Notes: generated from the sequence alone by a model not told the origin. DNA of 64,000 bases from the human T2T-CHM13v2.0 reference genome, Homo sapiens (GCF_009914755.1 NC_060925.1); one strand, 5' to 3'. Positions 30,862-46,460 are shown, counted from the stretch's first letter. Translations and numbers: made by a program.

Positions 30862-32046
30862 CTAAAAGATAAAAGGGGAATAAAGGTGAAGATCATTTTG
30901 AACAGTAGTCTATTTCACAGAGACCAAGAAAAAACAAAACAAAACAAAATAGAAAATTAACCTACTCTATGCCCTAGTCATCATAAATGGATAACTCAGA
31001 GTGATGAACATCCATTCTCTTTAAAAAGAGCTCCAGGAAAGTGAATCATCCCAGTGTTTAATAATTCTCATAAGTGCTACAGTACAATTCCTTTCTGTCT
31101 TATTCTAAGTGATAGAGGAGAACAATCAGTCTCTATCCTCTAAAACAATTCTTCATATACTGGAAAAAGTTCTTGGATCAACTACCAGGTTTTCTCTCTC
31201 CAGGACAATGATATCGAAATCATTAGAAGTAGAATTTCTATACTTTTAATCATTTTTGAAGTTTCCGCTTGAATTCAATCAAAGTCTTTGCAGTCTCTAC
31301 TCAGAAATAGACTCATGGCCTGCACATAACCAAGAATTACTATAAAAAGATGTAATGAGTGGTGCCTCACATGATTCACGTTGAGAGCTAATTTTTTTAG
31401 ATCTTTAGTGCTGATCTGAAGGAGGACATTGACAGCAGGTTTAATCAGTAGATGGCAATAGGTTGGGAAGCATTTCTAGAGCTCTGAAAGATTCAAATTT
31501 AATGTGACCCAGATTGGTTATAGAAATATTCCATTACAAAAATGATGAATTTAAGAGAAACACTAAAAACAAAACAGAGATACAATATAGGCAGGGCCAG
31601 TATGACCCAGTGGTTTAGCTGTAAACAATCACATAGAAAAAGCTAAGAGGTAACAACTGAAGGATTACTGTAAAACAAACTGTTTTCCAATTCCTCTTCA
31701 GATGAGTCCTTGACATTAACATGGTTGGATTAACATGGACTAGGATCCAACTGCTACTAGAGCAGATAGAGAAGGGCATTAAGAAAACACAGTATCTTTC
31801 CATTCATTACCTGCTTTGGTAACAATTATTATTATCACCATCTATCTCAATATTTTACAGGAAATGATACATCATGAATATCCAGAACCCCATGCAAGTA
31901 CACACCAAAATCAAATGCAAAGATTTATGGTTTTATTTGTATTAATCACATTATTATGAAAATGAGGGTCACACTGATTATTAAGAACATAAATGATTAC
32001 AAACAGAAACTTACTAACGGTATAATTTTCATCAGTTTATTCCCTC

Positions 32047-32048
<2 letters not shown>

Positions 32049-32084
<36 letters not shown>
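32049..32084. repeat. (TG)n microsatellite
   Basis: ~18 TG units at the tail of a reverse Alu. Confidence 0.95.
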
Positions 32085-32086
<2 letters not shown>

Positions 32087-32397
32087 CTGTTTGTTCGAGA
32101 CAGGGTCGCTCTCTGTCACTCAGGCTGGAGTGCAATGGCATGACCTTGGTTTGGGAGATCTTGCAACCTCTGCATCCTGGGCTCAAATGATCCTTCTGCC
32201 TCAGCTTCCCAAGTAGCTGGGACTACAGGCATGTGCCACCATGCCTGGCTAATTTTTGTATTTTTCGGACAAAATAGATAGGAGATAGGATTTCGCCATG
32301 TTGCCCAGGCTAGTCTCGAACTCCTGGGCTCAAGCGATCTGCCTGCCTCAGCCTCCCAAAGTGCTGGGATTATAGGCATGAACTACCACACCTGGCT
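32085..32397 (-). mobile_element. Alu (AluJ-like)
   Basis: Reverse Alu. Confidence 0.9.
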
Positions 32398-33816
32398 GTG
32401 TGCATATTTTTATTATTCTTTATTATTCTTTTTTATCCTCTTACCAGATTGCTGCTTCATCTTCTTTCTGTCCATTCTCCACCCCCCACCCCAGGGCAAT
32501 TAGGATACTCCTTTTTGGCTTCAAATTCAACTTCTTAAGTTTTTATCACTATATAACTATATCACTATATATGACGAAAAAATGTGAAAGACAAATTCTC
32601 CCCCAAACCATGAAATCCCTTTCCTTGAGATATTTTCCTTGTTTTTGTGCTTAAAAACAAAAAACCCAATGAAGGTCAATGTAGATACAAATTAATGTAT
32701 CACTGTTCTCCTATTATATTCTAAACACTTCTCTACAGTACTTGCCTCTGTAACCATAATTTATAAGGGTCACAGAATATCCTATTTGAATGTACCATAA
32801 TTATCTGTGAGGAATTTAAGTTTTAACTTTTTGCTACAAATGACCCTGTGAATAATATGCCTGGTTCAGTGCTTTCACAGTTTTTTTTACCCAACAACAG
32901 TGCCTAAGAGTTTGAGGACTTAGCCAGAAGTAATTATCAGCTTTTGTCCAACTGGTTTATCTTAAATTCTGTGTAATTTTGCATTTTTAAGTATACAATT
33001 TTTTTTTTACTATGGTTAATAATTACTGATCAGTTAAAGTTATCATCCTTTGAAGTCAGTTCCTAACAAAACTGATGTGCTAGGATTCTCTACATAATTA
33101 TCTTGTGGGTTCAATTGTCCCTTGTATGAGTATTCTGATTTGAATAGTGTCAGGGCCTATAGCTACTTCCACACTTTGGGTTATTTCCTTAGTGTAAGTT
33201 TTCAGAAATGAAATTAATAGATTAATGGGTGTGATCACTTTTATAGTTTCATCTTTGATGACAATAATTATTTAAGAGTTAAGGCATCTCATTTTAATTC
33301 ACCTTTTTTGGACTACTAATCACATTGAATATTTTCTTATTTTTATCTACCAGTTATAACCATTTTTCTTTTATGAATCATCTATTTCTGTTCTTTGCCT
33401 CCAAATGAAGGGATTATAGAATTATGCTATCTTGGGTAAACTACATTTCTGTTTTTTTCTCTTCTAATAGATACTCAAACATTAATTTTTCTTTTTTCAA
33501 AAAAGAATTTGATTACACAATTATAATACAGAATGATTCCAACCACTTACTAGTTACATCATATCCAAAACAAAGCAGTTGTGGTTTTGGAGATCACATT
33601 ACTGTATTCCAGTATTTTTTATTTCTTGGACAGAGAAAAATCAAACCCCTAATCGAACTGAAATGATACAGGTCCACTCATAGAACCAGGTCTGCTCCTC
33701 TGTCAGTGATACACAATTCAGCCTTGATTCATATTGTAGGCCTTGATTCCAAATTCATATACTACTTATTTTTTCAATCAACATTGTTTGTAAAACAGAG
33801 CCTTTTTATGGCTTAC

Positions 33817-33893
33817 CTTGTCCATATCTATTAATGTTACAGGAATGTTTCTTCCAACTACCACCATCACTGTTCGACCACAGTTATCAACAC
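33817..33893 (-). CDS. GDAP2: GDAP2 coding exon (approx. exon 10), CRAL-TRIO domain
   Basis: atag|GTGTTGAT...GACAAG|gtaagc; 77 nt; (G)VDNCGRTVMVVVGRNIPVTLIDMDK, with the Sec14/BCH 'G.D..GR.V' motif. Confidence 0.97.
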
Positions 33894-34165
33894 CTATAAA
33901 CAGGAAATGTCATCAGCACCCAGAAACTTCATTCCAAGAATACTATTTGTCTTGGGCTCTGACTTTATAAAATATTCTATGTGAATTTAAAAGATTGAAA
34001 ACAAGGAAGTATAAGTTGCTCAAATTTCATCTTCCAATTTTTTTTCTACTCTGCAGACAACAACACCTATTTTTTAAAGCTTCATGAGGGTTTTGATCAC
34101 TGCCCTTTTAAGAGAAGACCTCTTAAAGATTTTAAATCAAGAACAAACAGCCAAAGATCTTTTAA

Positions 34166-34473
<308 letters not shown>

Positions 34474-34940
34474 CCAAAAACTTTTTATAAACAGCTTTTT
34501 GCTTAAGCTCACTACAACTTTGATCCAGGCAAAACTAAATAGCACTCAAATCTGAAAATTACTAAAAAGTACCGTCTGTAAAAGAAATACAATGCAGAAA
34601 GAGTGGGAATCTGGGAACTTTCACTCTCTCCATCATATATTTACGTAAGGTTTGAATTTTGTAGTAGCAAGCATATGGTACTTTTAAAAGCAGAAACATT
34701 TTTTAAAAGGGACACTAGCATGAAATAAAGTTGGCCAATGCAGAACTGTAAGTTGAAAATGTTATAGATTGGGATGTTATTTTTAAGATCTTGATGACAG
34801 GCAAAACTATCTTTATTAGTACAAAACCATTTTGTTCATAGATACAATAAATGAAATCAGAGAAAAATGAATTCTCAAATAGCATGCTTGGTAGGGCTCT
34901 TAATTAGTGAAAGAATAAGTTACCATATATTTAAGCTCAC

Positions 34941-35017
34941 CTGTTTGGTATAAGGCTTTTAGAGAAGCAATATCAGACAGATCCTCAGATCTTGCTTGAC
35001 ATAACCAGCGATTATAA
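34941..35017 (-). CDS. GDAP2: GDAP2 coding exon (approx. exon 9)
   Basis: ctag|TTATAATCGC...CAAACAG|gtgagc; 77 nt; YNRWLCQARSEDLSDIASLKALYQT. Confidence 0.96.
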
Positions 35018-36449
35018 CTAGGGAAATAAATGATATAATCATTATAATAAACCCTTGGAAATTAAATTTACAAATGGGACCAATTTTTAATACCCTTCCC
35101 TGACCCTAAAAATTTTCAAGTATATATTTCATTATAATAGGGAAGGAGTTAAAGAAGCATTAAGCCATGTAGAATCTCTACTACATGTTATTGATAAAAT
35201 AAACACAAATGAATTATTGAGAAAGGAAGGTGTTCATTATTTTAAAAATCCTTATAATCAAATGAAGGTTGTACAGGTAAATGGCTAAGATACCAAGTAT
35301 TCAAACTAACCTTGTTTTAAAATACTATTGTTTTCCTTTACTAAAAACATGCATAGAGAAAGTCTAAAGCAATGGCAGAGTTTCAAAACAGATGCTCACT
35401 CACTCAACAAGGATTTGAGTGCTTACTCTATGATAGTTACTGAGAATACTATCATGAAAGGACATGGTTGCCTCCCTCAAGAAGTTCACTTTTCAGGGGA
35501 AAAACAGGCAAGTGCTGTACATGTTATGTGGGATCACAAAGGAGTTGGGTAAATTTATCTGGGAAGTCCTGGAATATTTAATCATCAGTTAGTCAAACTA
35601 GTTGTAGTGATATCCCACAGACCAGATCATATGGACTGCAGTTTGGCTTTGGCTAAGAGGATGTTAAAGCTGGAAGAGACATTAAAGATCTTGCAGATGG
35701 AAATGACATGCAAAAGATTAATGGTCAAGTTCATCTCAGACTTCCCAGCCTATTAAATAGTAGAGTTGAATTTGAAGTTGCACTCAGGTCTCTAGATTTC
35801 CGGAAAGGTCAGTGCTTTTTCTACTATATCATACTAATTTCTTGAAATTAAAAGTGCCAATTACTTGATTGTGAAAACGCTTTCAAGACACCTAAATGTA
35901 GGAAAAGCAACTCTGAAGTGTCTAAATCATATATGGCAATATCCAGTAACAACAACAACAAAAAGCACAACTAGGAGAGGGGAGATTTGGCTTCTAATCC
36001 TACTGCTTTCGGTGCAAACTTACTAAAGTCATTTACCTTTATGGAATTCAGTTTCCTCACCTGCAAAATGGTGTTCATATGGGAGGGACACCTTTCAGCT
36101 ATAAAGTACAATTGCACAACTGAAAATATTTAATGGGAAGTCTGTCACATACAGACTGAAATCAACAAGTGACATGCCTGTTAGTTTCACAGATATTGTT
36201 ACTGCTTGTAAAAAACACAGTGTTACTGCATTAGTTCTATAGACTGCCTTCTCAAATTTGTGATTTACCAATCTATGCAAATTGAAAAGTCAAAGACAGT
36301 AGCTTTTAATTTTGTTTCAAAATATAATTTCAAAGTCAAGAAAATGCCTATGTTTATTGTAGTTCTCCCTAAATCATATGCACTATTCCATATTTTCATA
36401 CAGTCATTTCCTATTTACACTAAATCAAAATTCTATTTCTTTACTTAAA

Positions 36450-36850
36450 AAATTATTTTCTTTGACAAATAATGTATGTAATGTATTGATATACGGATAC
36501 ATTGTAAAATGGCTGAATCAAGCTAATGAACATATCCATTATCTCACATATTTATCATTTTTTTTTGGTGAGAACAGTTAAAATGTATTCTTTTATCAAT
36601 TTTCGGGTATACAACACATTCTTATTAACTACAGTCACCGTATTATATAATAAATCTCTTATTCCTCTCGTCTAACTGAAATTTTGTATTCTTTGACCAA
36701 CATCTCCCCAATCCCACCCCAATACCACCAGCATTTGATAACCACTTTATTCTCTGTTTTTCTGAGTTCAGTTTTTTTAGGTTCTACATATAAGTGAGAT
36801 CATGCTATATTTGTTTTTCTGTGCTTGACTTATTTCACTTAACATACTGT
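36450..36850 (-). mobile_element. L1MA-type 3' end
   Basis: 'aatcaagctaatgaacatatccattatctcaca...attaactacagtcacc...ataagtgagatcatgc...ttatttcacttaacata'. Confidence 0.8.
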
Positions 36851-38138
36851 CTTATATCTTTAGTATGAAGGTTAAAAGACAAAACTATTAATAATAGCAA
36901 CAATAATTTGTTAAGAGACAAAAATAATATAAAAACGTAAATTATGACATCAAAAATGTGGCAGTGAAGAATAAAAGTATAGAGTTTATTATGTTTTTTA
37001 AATCATTCTATTATATACTAATTGTTTATAATGAGACTAAACAGCAAAATGTATATTACATCATATGGGCACCACAGTATCTAGCACAAAGCATATAACA
37101 GGATTCAATTAATACCTATTAACTTCTATACTCTGTTCATGTATCCATTGGCTCATTTTTCAAAGATTTATTGAATAAATGCAGTGTTTGCATCATAGTA
37201 GGTACTAAATTCTTTGCTAAATGAAATAATAAACATGAGTATTATGTAAGGTATTTTGGGGCCTGAGATGAATTAAAAAAGGCTCTTGAGTTTAAGGTTG
37301 CATATGTGAGACAGACATATTACAGTACGAAGAAAATTAACTTTGTAATAAGAACAAGACAGGTAACCAGAAGTCTAAATACTCTATCAATCAAATATGT
37401 ATGCTGAGAAGGGGACTGGTGGTGGGGAAGGAGGTGGGGTGAGAAGGAGCAGAGTGGAGGCAAATTCTAGACATGTCGTAGAAACAAATGCTCCCTTCTT
37501 TGTATCCCCAAAGACTTCTACCATGTTCAGTGCAAGATTTTACACACTTATTGAAAAGCCTATTTCTATTACATTAGACCACCAGATAGACAATATGTCA
37601 TATTTGTCTCTCATTTCTAGCCAATTCCTAGGGTAGTTCCTGACACTCAATCTCTATATCTATATCTATATCTATCTATATTCAATGAACTCTGAAAAAA
37701 ATTTTTTTTAACTGGAACTCAGGTGTACAAAATGGAATACATCATCTTTAATTGAAAACACTCGCATAACTGGTATATGCATGGTCCACTTAGAAGACTA
37801 GTTATATAATTATTTATCTTTAATGAAGTAATAAGCACCCTAAAATCTACCACTATAACAAAAATTAGCACTTTCACAATAACCTTCATCTAACCATGTG
37901 CTACTTCCCACCGTTATCTGGAATTCCAGGTTAATCATTTATTGCTTTCCTTTTTATATTGTTTTAAATTCATCTACATGTAGTCAATGTAAGACATTAT
38001 TTTTTGTTTGTTTCTAACTATTTAAAAAAGCTTATCATGCTGTATGTAATCTCTTGGGTCTTACATTTTTGACTTATCATATTGCTAACATTCATCCGTA
38101 TCACTGGATTTCAATGTCGTTGATTGATTTGGACAATC

Positions 38139-38371
38139 ACAGGTTGAGCATCCCAAATCCAAAAATACAAAATCTGAAATGCTCCAAAATCCAAAACTTT
38201 CTGAGTGCCAACATAACAATTAAAACAAAAATGCTCACTGGAACATTTCGGATTTTTGGGATTTGGGATGTTCAACTGGTAAGTACGATACAAATATTTC
38301 AAAATCCAAACAAATCAGAAATCTGAAACACTTCTGGTCCCAAGAATTTTGGATATGGCATACTTAATCTG
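38139..38371 (+). mobile_element. Tigger4a/MER46-like MITE inside old L1ME (approx. 37700-39150)
   Basis: 'caggttgagcatcccaaatccaaaaat...aaatctgaaacacttctggtcccaag...atacttaatctgta'. Confidence 0.75.
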
Positions 38372-40984
38372 TATATATCATGTATTCATACTAGATAAAA
38401 ACTATAGATTTTTTTCATTCACTCTCTCACTGATGGGCACTTGGGCTGTTTCCAGGGTTTTGCTATTGTGAAGAGGGCTACAATCAACTTGTTTTGCGTG
38501 TCTCCTGGTATACATGTGCATGATTGCTCTTGAGTAGGTACCAATGAGTGAAAGTGCTAGGTTACAGGGAATGTTTAATTTTAGGAGATAAGGACAAACC
38601 TCTTTTCCAAAGCATTGCACCAAATTATACTTCTATAAGAAGCATATGAGACTGTGAATCCCTGTCCTCACCAACACTTGCTACTATTAGATGTTTTAGT
38701 GTTTGCCAGTTGGATAGGTTAGAAATGGTAAAGCATTTCTCTGGTCAGTAATGAGGTTGAGATTCTGCTCATGTTGACTTGATTCTATGAGATGCCTGTT
38801 CCTATCATTTTTCCATTTTTTATTGGGTTATTTGATTGTTTCTCACCAAGTTGTAGTTCTTTACACATTCTTGATGCTGATCATTTGTTGTGTGTTTTGT
38901 GAATATCTGCCCCCATTCCGTAACTTGCTTTTTACTTTGTTTAAGCTTGGCTCTACTTTCAAAAGTTCTTAATTTTAATATAGTCAAAACTATTTTTTCT
39001 TTGGTGGTAAATGCTTTTCATGTCTTTAAAAAAAATCTTCCCTTTCTCTAAGATTTGAAGGATACTAGCTTAACTTCTTCCACAGGTTTCAGAATTTTTA
39101 AAAATTTAAGTCCTTAATCTATCTAAAGTTGATTTGTCCATAGTGTGAACACAGAATTAGTATAAACTCTAAAATGTTTAAACCTTGATTGATGATTAAC
39201 AACTTGAGATCTAAAGATAGACTTTGGTTGACAAAATCTCTATGAACATATTTGTGGGGAGAAGTTTATAGTTTACATCAGATTCTTAAAGGGTTCATGA
39301 TTTTTAAAAGGTTAGAATCACTGCTGAGACACTGGTCCTGTTCTGGTTTCTAAGGACCATGCAACAACTCATGATTGCAATCTTCATCAGGTTTCTTCTT
39401 TATTCTAATTAAGTCTCTGCCATTACCACTATAGATTGTGTAAGTCTGATTATTTAGTCATTATTTTAAAAAAATCACCAGTTGGGAAGAAAGAGTAAAA
39501 GCAAAAAGACTGTTACTCTTCTCACTCAATAGACAATACCCTCCTTTTTTTCTAAACTTCATTATTCAAAGAATATTTCATGTTTTCTATTACATTTCTT
39601 ATAAACAGCACCTCACTTTTTGCTATAGTGTTTTGTTTTGTTTAAAGGAAGACATGCAATCTTTTGTTCCAATCCAAAAATCAAAACAAAGCTAAAAGGA
39701 AAATATGAACTCAAAATAGTTTCTGGGTTTCCTACAGGATATTTCCTAAATATCCTATATAGAGTACTTTCTTATTCCAAATAAACAAACTTCTATTATT
39801 TTATGAGTAAATATAATAATCATGGATAAATAATCGTACAAAATATGTCAAAATGGCAGAAAAAAATAGCCACTACAGTGCTCTAAATGCAGAAACACTA
39901 ATTAGTTTCTCAATGGGTTGCAACCAACTGAGGTTGGACACTGTTCTCACAAAGCTAATATAAGCCAGTTTCTTCCAGTTAATAAATTACCATCCACCTG
40001 TACAGCCAGCAGCTGAATGACAAAAAAAATTTAAACTATATCACTCTTAAAAGACTAATAACTAACCCATCTGTGTATAATCATCGCCCAGGGAAAATTC
40101 TGTCTTTGGAATTAGCAGATGCTTTCCCAGACCTTATACAATTGACCCATCCTAGATTTAGTTAAGATCTTTGTTGTATCCTCTTATTGACCCTGTACAG
40201 TAATTTAAACAATTATTCATATACTAATTAGTTTAACATTTTTCTCCTCTGCAAGACCCTAAGCTCCATGCAGGCGGGTGCTGTATCTGTCTTGCTTGTC
40301 ACTTTATTACCAGTAGTATCCAGCACAACATTTGGCACATTAGTAAAAGCTTAATAAGTATTTAATAATGAAAAAGATAATGATTTTGTTGAGAAAAATG
40401 ACATAAGAGTCACAGGCAATTGAATCTTAAGCCAGTCAAGTAATACTAATAAAAAAGGAAAGGAAATCTTCCTGTAAAATAACTTGAAGAGTTTCAAAAG
40501 CAGTATTTTTGAAAAAGAGTATCTAGGTTGCTTCCTAATTTTGGTAAGTAAACCAATGTCTACCTTATGATACACCCAAATCAGAATCACAACTGGATGA
40601 CAGACCTGGATTAGAAAGCACGTCTAATTTTTCATGTTAAAAACAATTATTTTGAAGAGATACTGAGGTGACAAGGCAGTGCTACGAAAGGAGTGACATA
40701 AAACTATTGCCAATCCATGTGACCTTTAGTTTCGCTACTGATGGAAGAATTGAAGGCTTTTGAAAAGATATTTACTAACTAAAAACCTACTTACTTTTAC
40801 ATTTGTTCAACCTAATTAATTAACATAATCAACAGAAGCCAGACTCAATATGTGAAAATAAAAGCCCGATTTAGAAATATCAAGAGAAAGAAATTTTAAA
40901 AACTACAACCTACAATCTCAAATACGGCTGAGCATGCAAACAGTTGACATAGCTTAGTTATATCATAAACTCCTCAATAAACAG

Positions 40985-42800
<1,816 letters not shown>

Positions 42801-42944
42801 TCCCAGATCCCAGTAATGTGAGGAGCCCAGGCACCGTATTTAATGAAAAATGTCCATCAGATGAGTCTTACACATATGGCCAAGTTTAGAAACCACTGAA
42901 AGTATCATTTGACTGTGACTGCCTCACTTGGAAAAGCTGTTCCT

Positions 42945-42963
42945 TGGTGCCCCCTAGTGGCTC
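42945..42963 (-). promoter_or_regulatory. Candidate CTCF-binding site
   Basis: Reverse complement reads GAGCCACTAGGGGGCACCA, a close match to the CTCF core CCAC[CT]AG[AG]GGGC. Confidence 0.7.
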
Positions 42964-44076
42964 ATACGCTTTTGTTTTTCAAATTAAAATCAGAATAAAG
43001 GAAGACCTGGGATTGAGGAGACACAAAATACTAGTTCTGAAAGTGACTGGAGAGTTCATGTAGTCCAACTCCCACTTTATCAGTGGAGACAGATAGCATG
43101 CAGACATCATTACAATACAGCGTGAAAAATGCTATGCTATGCTTTGGGTGAGTACAGGGTATGAAAAAAGCATACAGGAGGTGGCATCTGTTCCAGACTT
43201 GGGAGGTAGGTCTCCAGAGGCAACTGCTTTTGAAATCTGGACAGAAATTGAAGGATGAGAGTAGCCCATTCAAAAGGAATGGCAAGTACCAAAGCTCAAA
43301 GATAAAACAAGCCATGATTTGCTCAGTACAGCAGTGAACAATTTTAAGAGCTTGACAAGTACCAGGTTCTGTGCTAAAGCTCATTACATTACCTCATTTA
43401 ATGCTCACAAAAACCCTATGAGGTGCTAACCCTCCATCAACCCTATAAGGTAATGGATAGTAGACATTTATAGTTTGTTTACTTTAATTTTCTTTAGACT
43501 TTTTTGAAAAGCAGCCAGCTTTACAAAGACTTGATCTTTGGGAAAGCTTACCCAAAAGTACAAAGCTGCTTCTATGTTTTTAAAAGGATTCCTTCAAAAT
43601 TGCTTTAGAAGACATATGGAAGAAATGGAATGGTTTGGATGTCTTGTAAGGTCCTTCGGATAAGTCAGGGAGAAATAAGGCTCTTTTAAATTTAATTCAA
43701 CTGTAGATTATGCTTTAATTATAAACATAGTAGAGCTAAGTAAAAGCTTTATAACTGCCTTTCCCTTTTCTAATTTCTCCTTTTAGAATATAAACCTCGC
43801 ATGGAGGCATTACTATTGTAGTAGACAGGGTAGGAGCTCTGAAATCAGACATGTATCTGACCACTGGTTTCACCACATATTAACTGTGGCCACTGATAAC
43901 TTTCTTAACTTTGAGTTTTTGCACCTCCAAAATGAGGACGATATCTTCCTCACTGATTGTCATGAAAAATAAATTGGAATGCATTATATATACACGTAGC
44001 TCATGCATCAGATGCAAGGTTCCTTTCTTGCTTCTGATGTCCTTATGTATCTAACAGTCCTGAAGGGTTGTCTTAC

Positions 44077-44233
44077 TTTCTTTGATGCTGCTTCTGCAGA
44101 GCTGCCTCTGATAATTGTCCCTGAAGGATCAGTTTTCTTTGCTTGTCAATATCTCCTTCCATTCGAGCAAAAGCATGAGAGCCAATGAAAGAGAGATCAA
44201 CTCCCAAGCCTTCATCCTCCTCTTCTTGGTTAT
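44077..44233 (-). CDS. GDAP2: GDAP2 coding exon (approx. exon 8), acidic linker
   Basis: acag|ATAACCAA...CAAAGAAA|gtaaga; 157 nt; (D)NQEEEDEGLGVDLSFIGSHAFARMEGDIDKQRKLILQGQLSEAALQKQHQR(N). Confidence 0.97.
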
Positions 44234-44969
44234 CTGTAACAAAAATGCAACTATCAATAGAGAGCTTATGCTAAAACTAGATAGTAAACATTGTGAATGC
44301 TGCAGTAAGGATGACAGTGAGGTAACTCAAAAAACTGGGGTCAAGGTTATTTTTGAGAATGAAACTGTAATCAGATTTAGGCATTTGTAAAGCTGAAATA
44401 ATGAAAGAAACTGCCTGTCCATGTGTGACAAAGGTTTTAGCAATATGTGAAATCCAATCAGGGTGACCTGGGTGTAACCCTAGGAAGAAAAGAGTAGAAT
44501 GTAGTCACACACAAAAAGACAGAAGTAAATAGATTGTATCTGGCTTTAAAGATGGCTCATTGCACAGCATCTGACAAAAAAGAAGTATAAAAAACAAGCA
44601 TTTGGGAAGGTTTATATAGCACTGTTGAAGGAGGAAGCATTTGATTGCATAAATGCTCTTCTGTAAGGTGACATCCCAACATGGATGTACCAGGATCACA
44701 GAGTATGATCCACATTCCTTAAGAAATATTTCAGTTATAATTTAGCATCCTGGTTTTCTACACTGTCATACCAACCTAGTTATTTTGGTCCATAAGAGTT
44801 ATAGTTTTCACTACAAATTAATAAATTAACTTTCTAATCTGTCCATACAAACACTGTGAGTTGGATTAGTAGAAATCAGTCTCTTGGGAACAGATTATCT
44901 CTTAGTGTGGTATTCACTGTCTTGGTAGATCTGTTAAGCAAAAACAAAACAAAACAAACGTCGTACCAT

Positions 44970-45090
44970 GGGGAAATTCCCAAGGCAATGCCAGCACTTG
45001 AATTCCAACCTGGTGGACAATCAGCTGGAGTTTCCCCACGTCTACTTCACTGCTCCTCAAACTGACAGGCCAATAGATTGGAAGGGCCTG
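44970..45090. promoter_or_regulatory. Candidate intronic enhancer motif cluster (2x NF-kB, E-box, paired CCAAT)
   Basis: GGGAAATTCC 44971-44980; GGAGTTTCCC (rc GGGAAACTCC) 45027-45036; CAGCTG 45022-45027; CCAAT-ag-ATTGG 45070-45081. Confidence 0.4.
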
Positions 45091-45141
45091 CTTTCATTAA
45101 AAACACCCCTCAAGTAAAGCTTGGTTATATATATTTTAACA

Positions 45142-45292
45142 GATTTAACATTCTGCTTGAAAATATTTAAGAACACTACGGCCTACATCTATAACATAAA
45201 AGTATTTTCTGAGATACGATTTAACATTCTACTTGAAAATATTTAAGAATGCTAAGGCCTACATCTATCACAAAAAGTATTTTCTGAGATAT
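45142..45292. repeat. Tandem duplication, 76/75-bp unit
   Basis: GATTTAACATTCT(g/a)CTTGAAAATATTTAAGAA...GGCCTACATCTAT...AAAAGTATTTTCTGAGATA twice, ~7 differences. Confidence 0.92.
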
Positions 45293-46300
45293 GAATGCAA
45301 ATAAAACACTCTGGGAATGGTGGACAGAAGAGAATCTTCTTGCAAATTAATTAGTCTTATCTACTGTCCAGCACTCAAAGTGGTTTTGCTGTTCACCACT
45401 CATTATCACACTAAATGCATTTTATGAAAGAAAAATTCTATGGTAGTCACAGGCATGAGGATTTCAAAACAACTCTTTGCATTATTTCAAGGATATACTA
45501 TACTGGAGGCTCACCCAAAGTGCATGACTACCCCTTCAGCAAAGTTTGGTTTCCAGATATTTCACATTTCCTGATGTTAGACCACTTATAATTCCCTCCA
45601 GTTGATTAAAGTTTATGTACTTGTGATAAAATCTTGAGTTGCTTCCTAAGATTTTGGCTTGGTGCTCATTTTTAAAAGAAATGTTCACTCTAGGAATTTC
45701 ACAGTAATTCCCTAAACTGCTGGATTTCAAGACTCAGTCCCAGCACTGAAGCTTGTGAGGCATATCTCCACAGAAGGGACTTAAGACCTTAAACATGTAC
45801 ACATGAACATCACTACAAGATGTCACACAGAGCAGATTCAGAAGGCCCCCATCCTAACACGTTCTACCTACTGCTCCAACCTACAACAGTATATAACCCA
45901 AAGAAACAAAATGAATGGTTATAATATTCTTGTCTTAGTATTTAATGTTAAGTATGATTTTTAGAGGATACTGAAAGCTGTTTAAAATGTTAGACAATAA
46001 CGTACTTTACTATCTCAACAGTGTTCTGCATGAAACTATAACCTCCATTAGGGTGAGAATGTTGTTATAGCCACCTCTTAATCCCCACTGTCTAACACAG
46101 ACTTGACGTATATCTATCTAGCTATACTTTTATTTTTAATTTCAAGAATAGAACTTGAAAACTTCTAAACTGGTCTTGATAGTAGTCATGGTAATAGAGA
46201 GCTTTCCAAAGGTCAAGCTGAATTTCTTACTTCTTTGGTGATTGGTGCCTATTTTTGGCCCTAAGAGGGAGATTTAAAAAGTTAGAGCTCTAGAACTCAC

Positions 46301-46460
46301 CTTCTGGAGCACCAGGTTTCTCACTTATTCTAATCTGTCGTTCAGGTACCACAGGCTCCCCTTCTGCATTTCCAATATCTGCAGGTAGGTAGGGCAATGA
46401 TCGATTCTCCTCTTTTAATGACCTTGGGAAGTAGAGAGGTAGCAGCTTTTGGTAAGTACC
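46301..46460 (-). CDS. GDAP2: GDAP2 coding exon (approx. exon 7)
   Basis: acag|GGTACTTAC...CCAGAAG|gtgagt; 160 nt; GTYQKLLPLYFPRSLKEENRSLPYLPADIGNAEGEPVVPERQIRISEKPGAPE. Confidence 0.97.
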
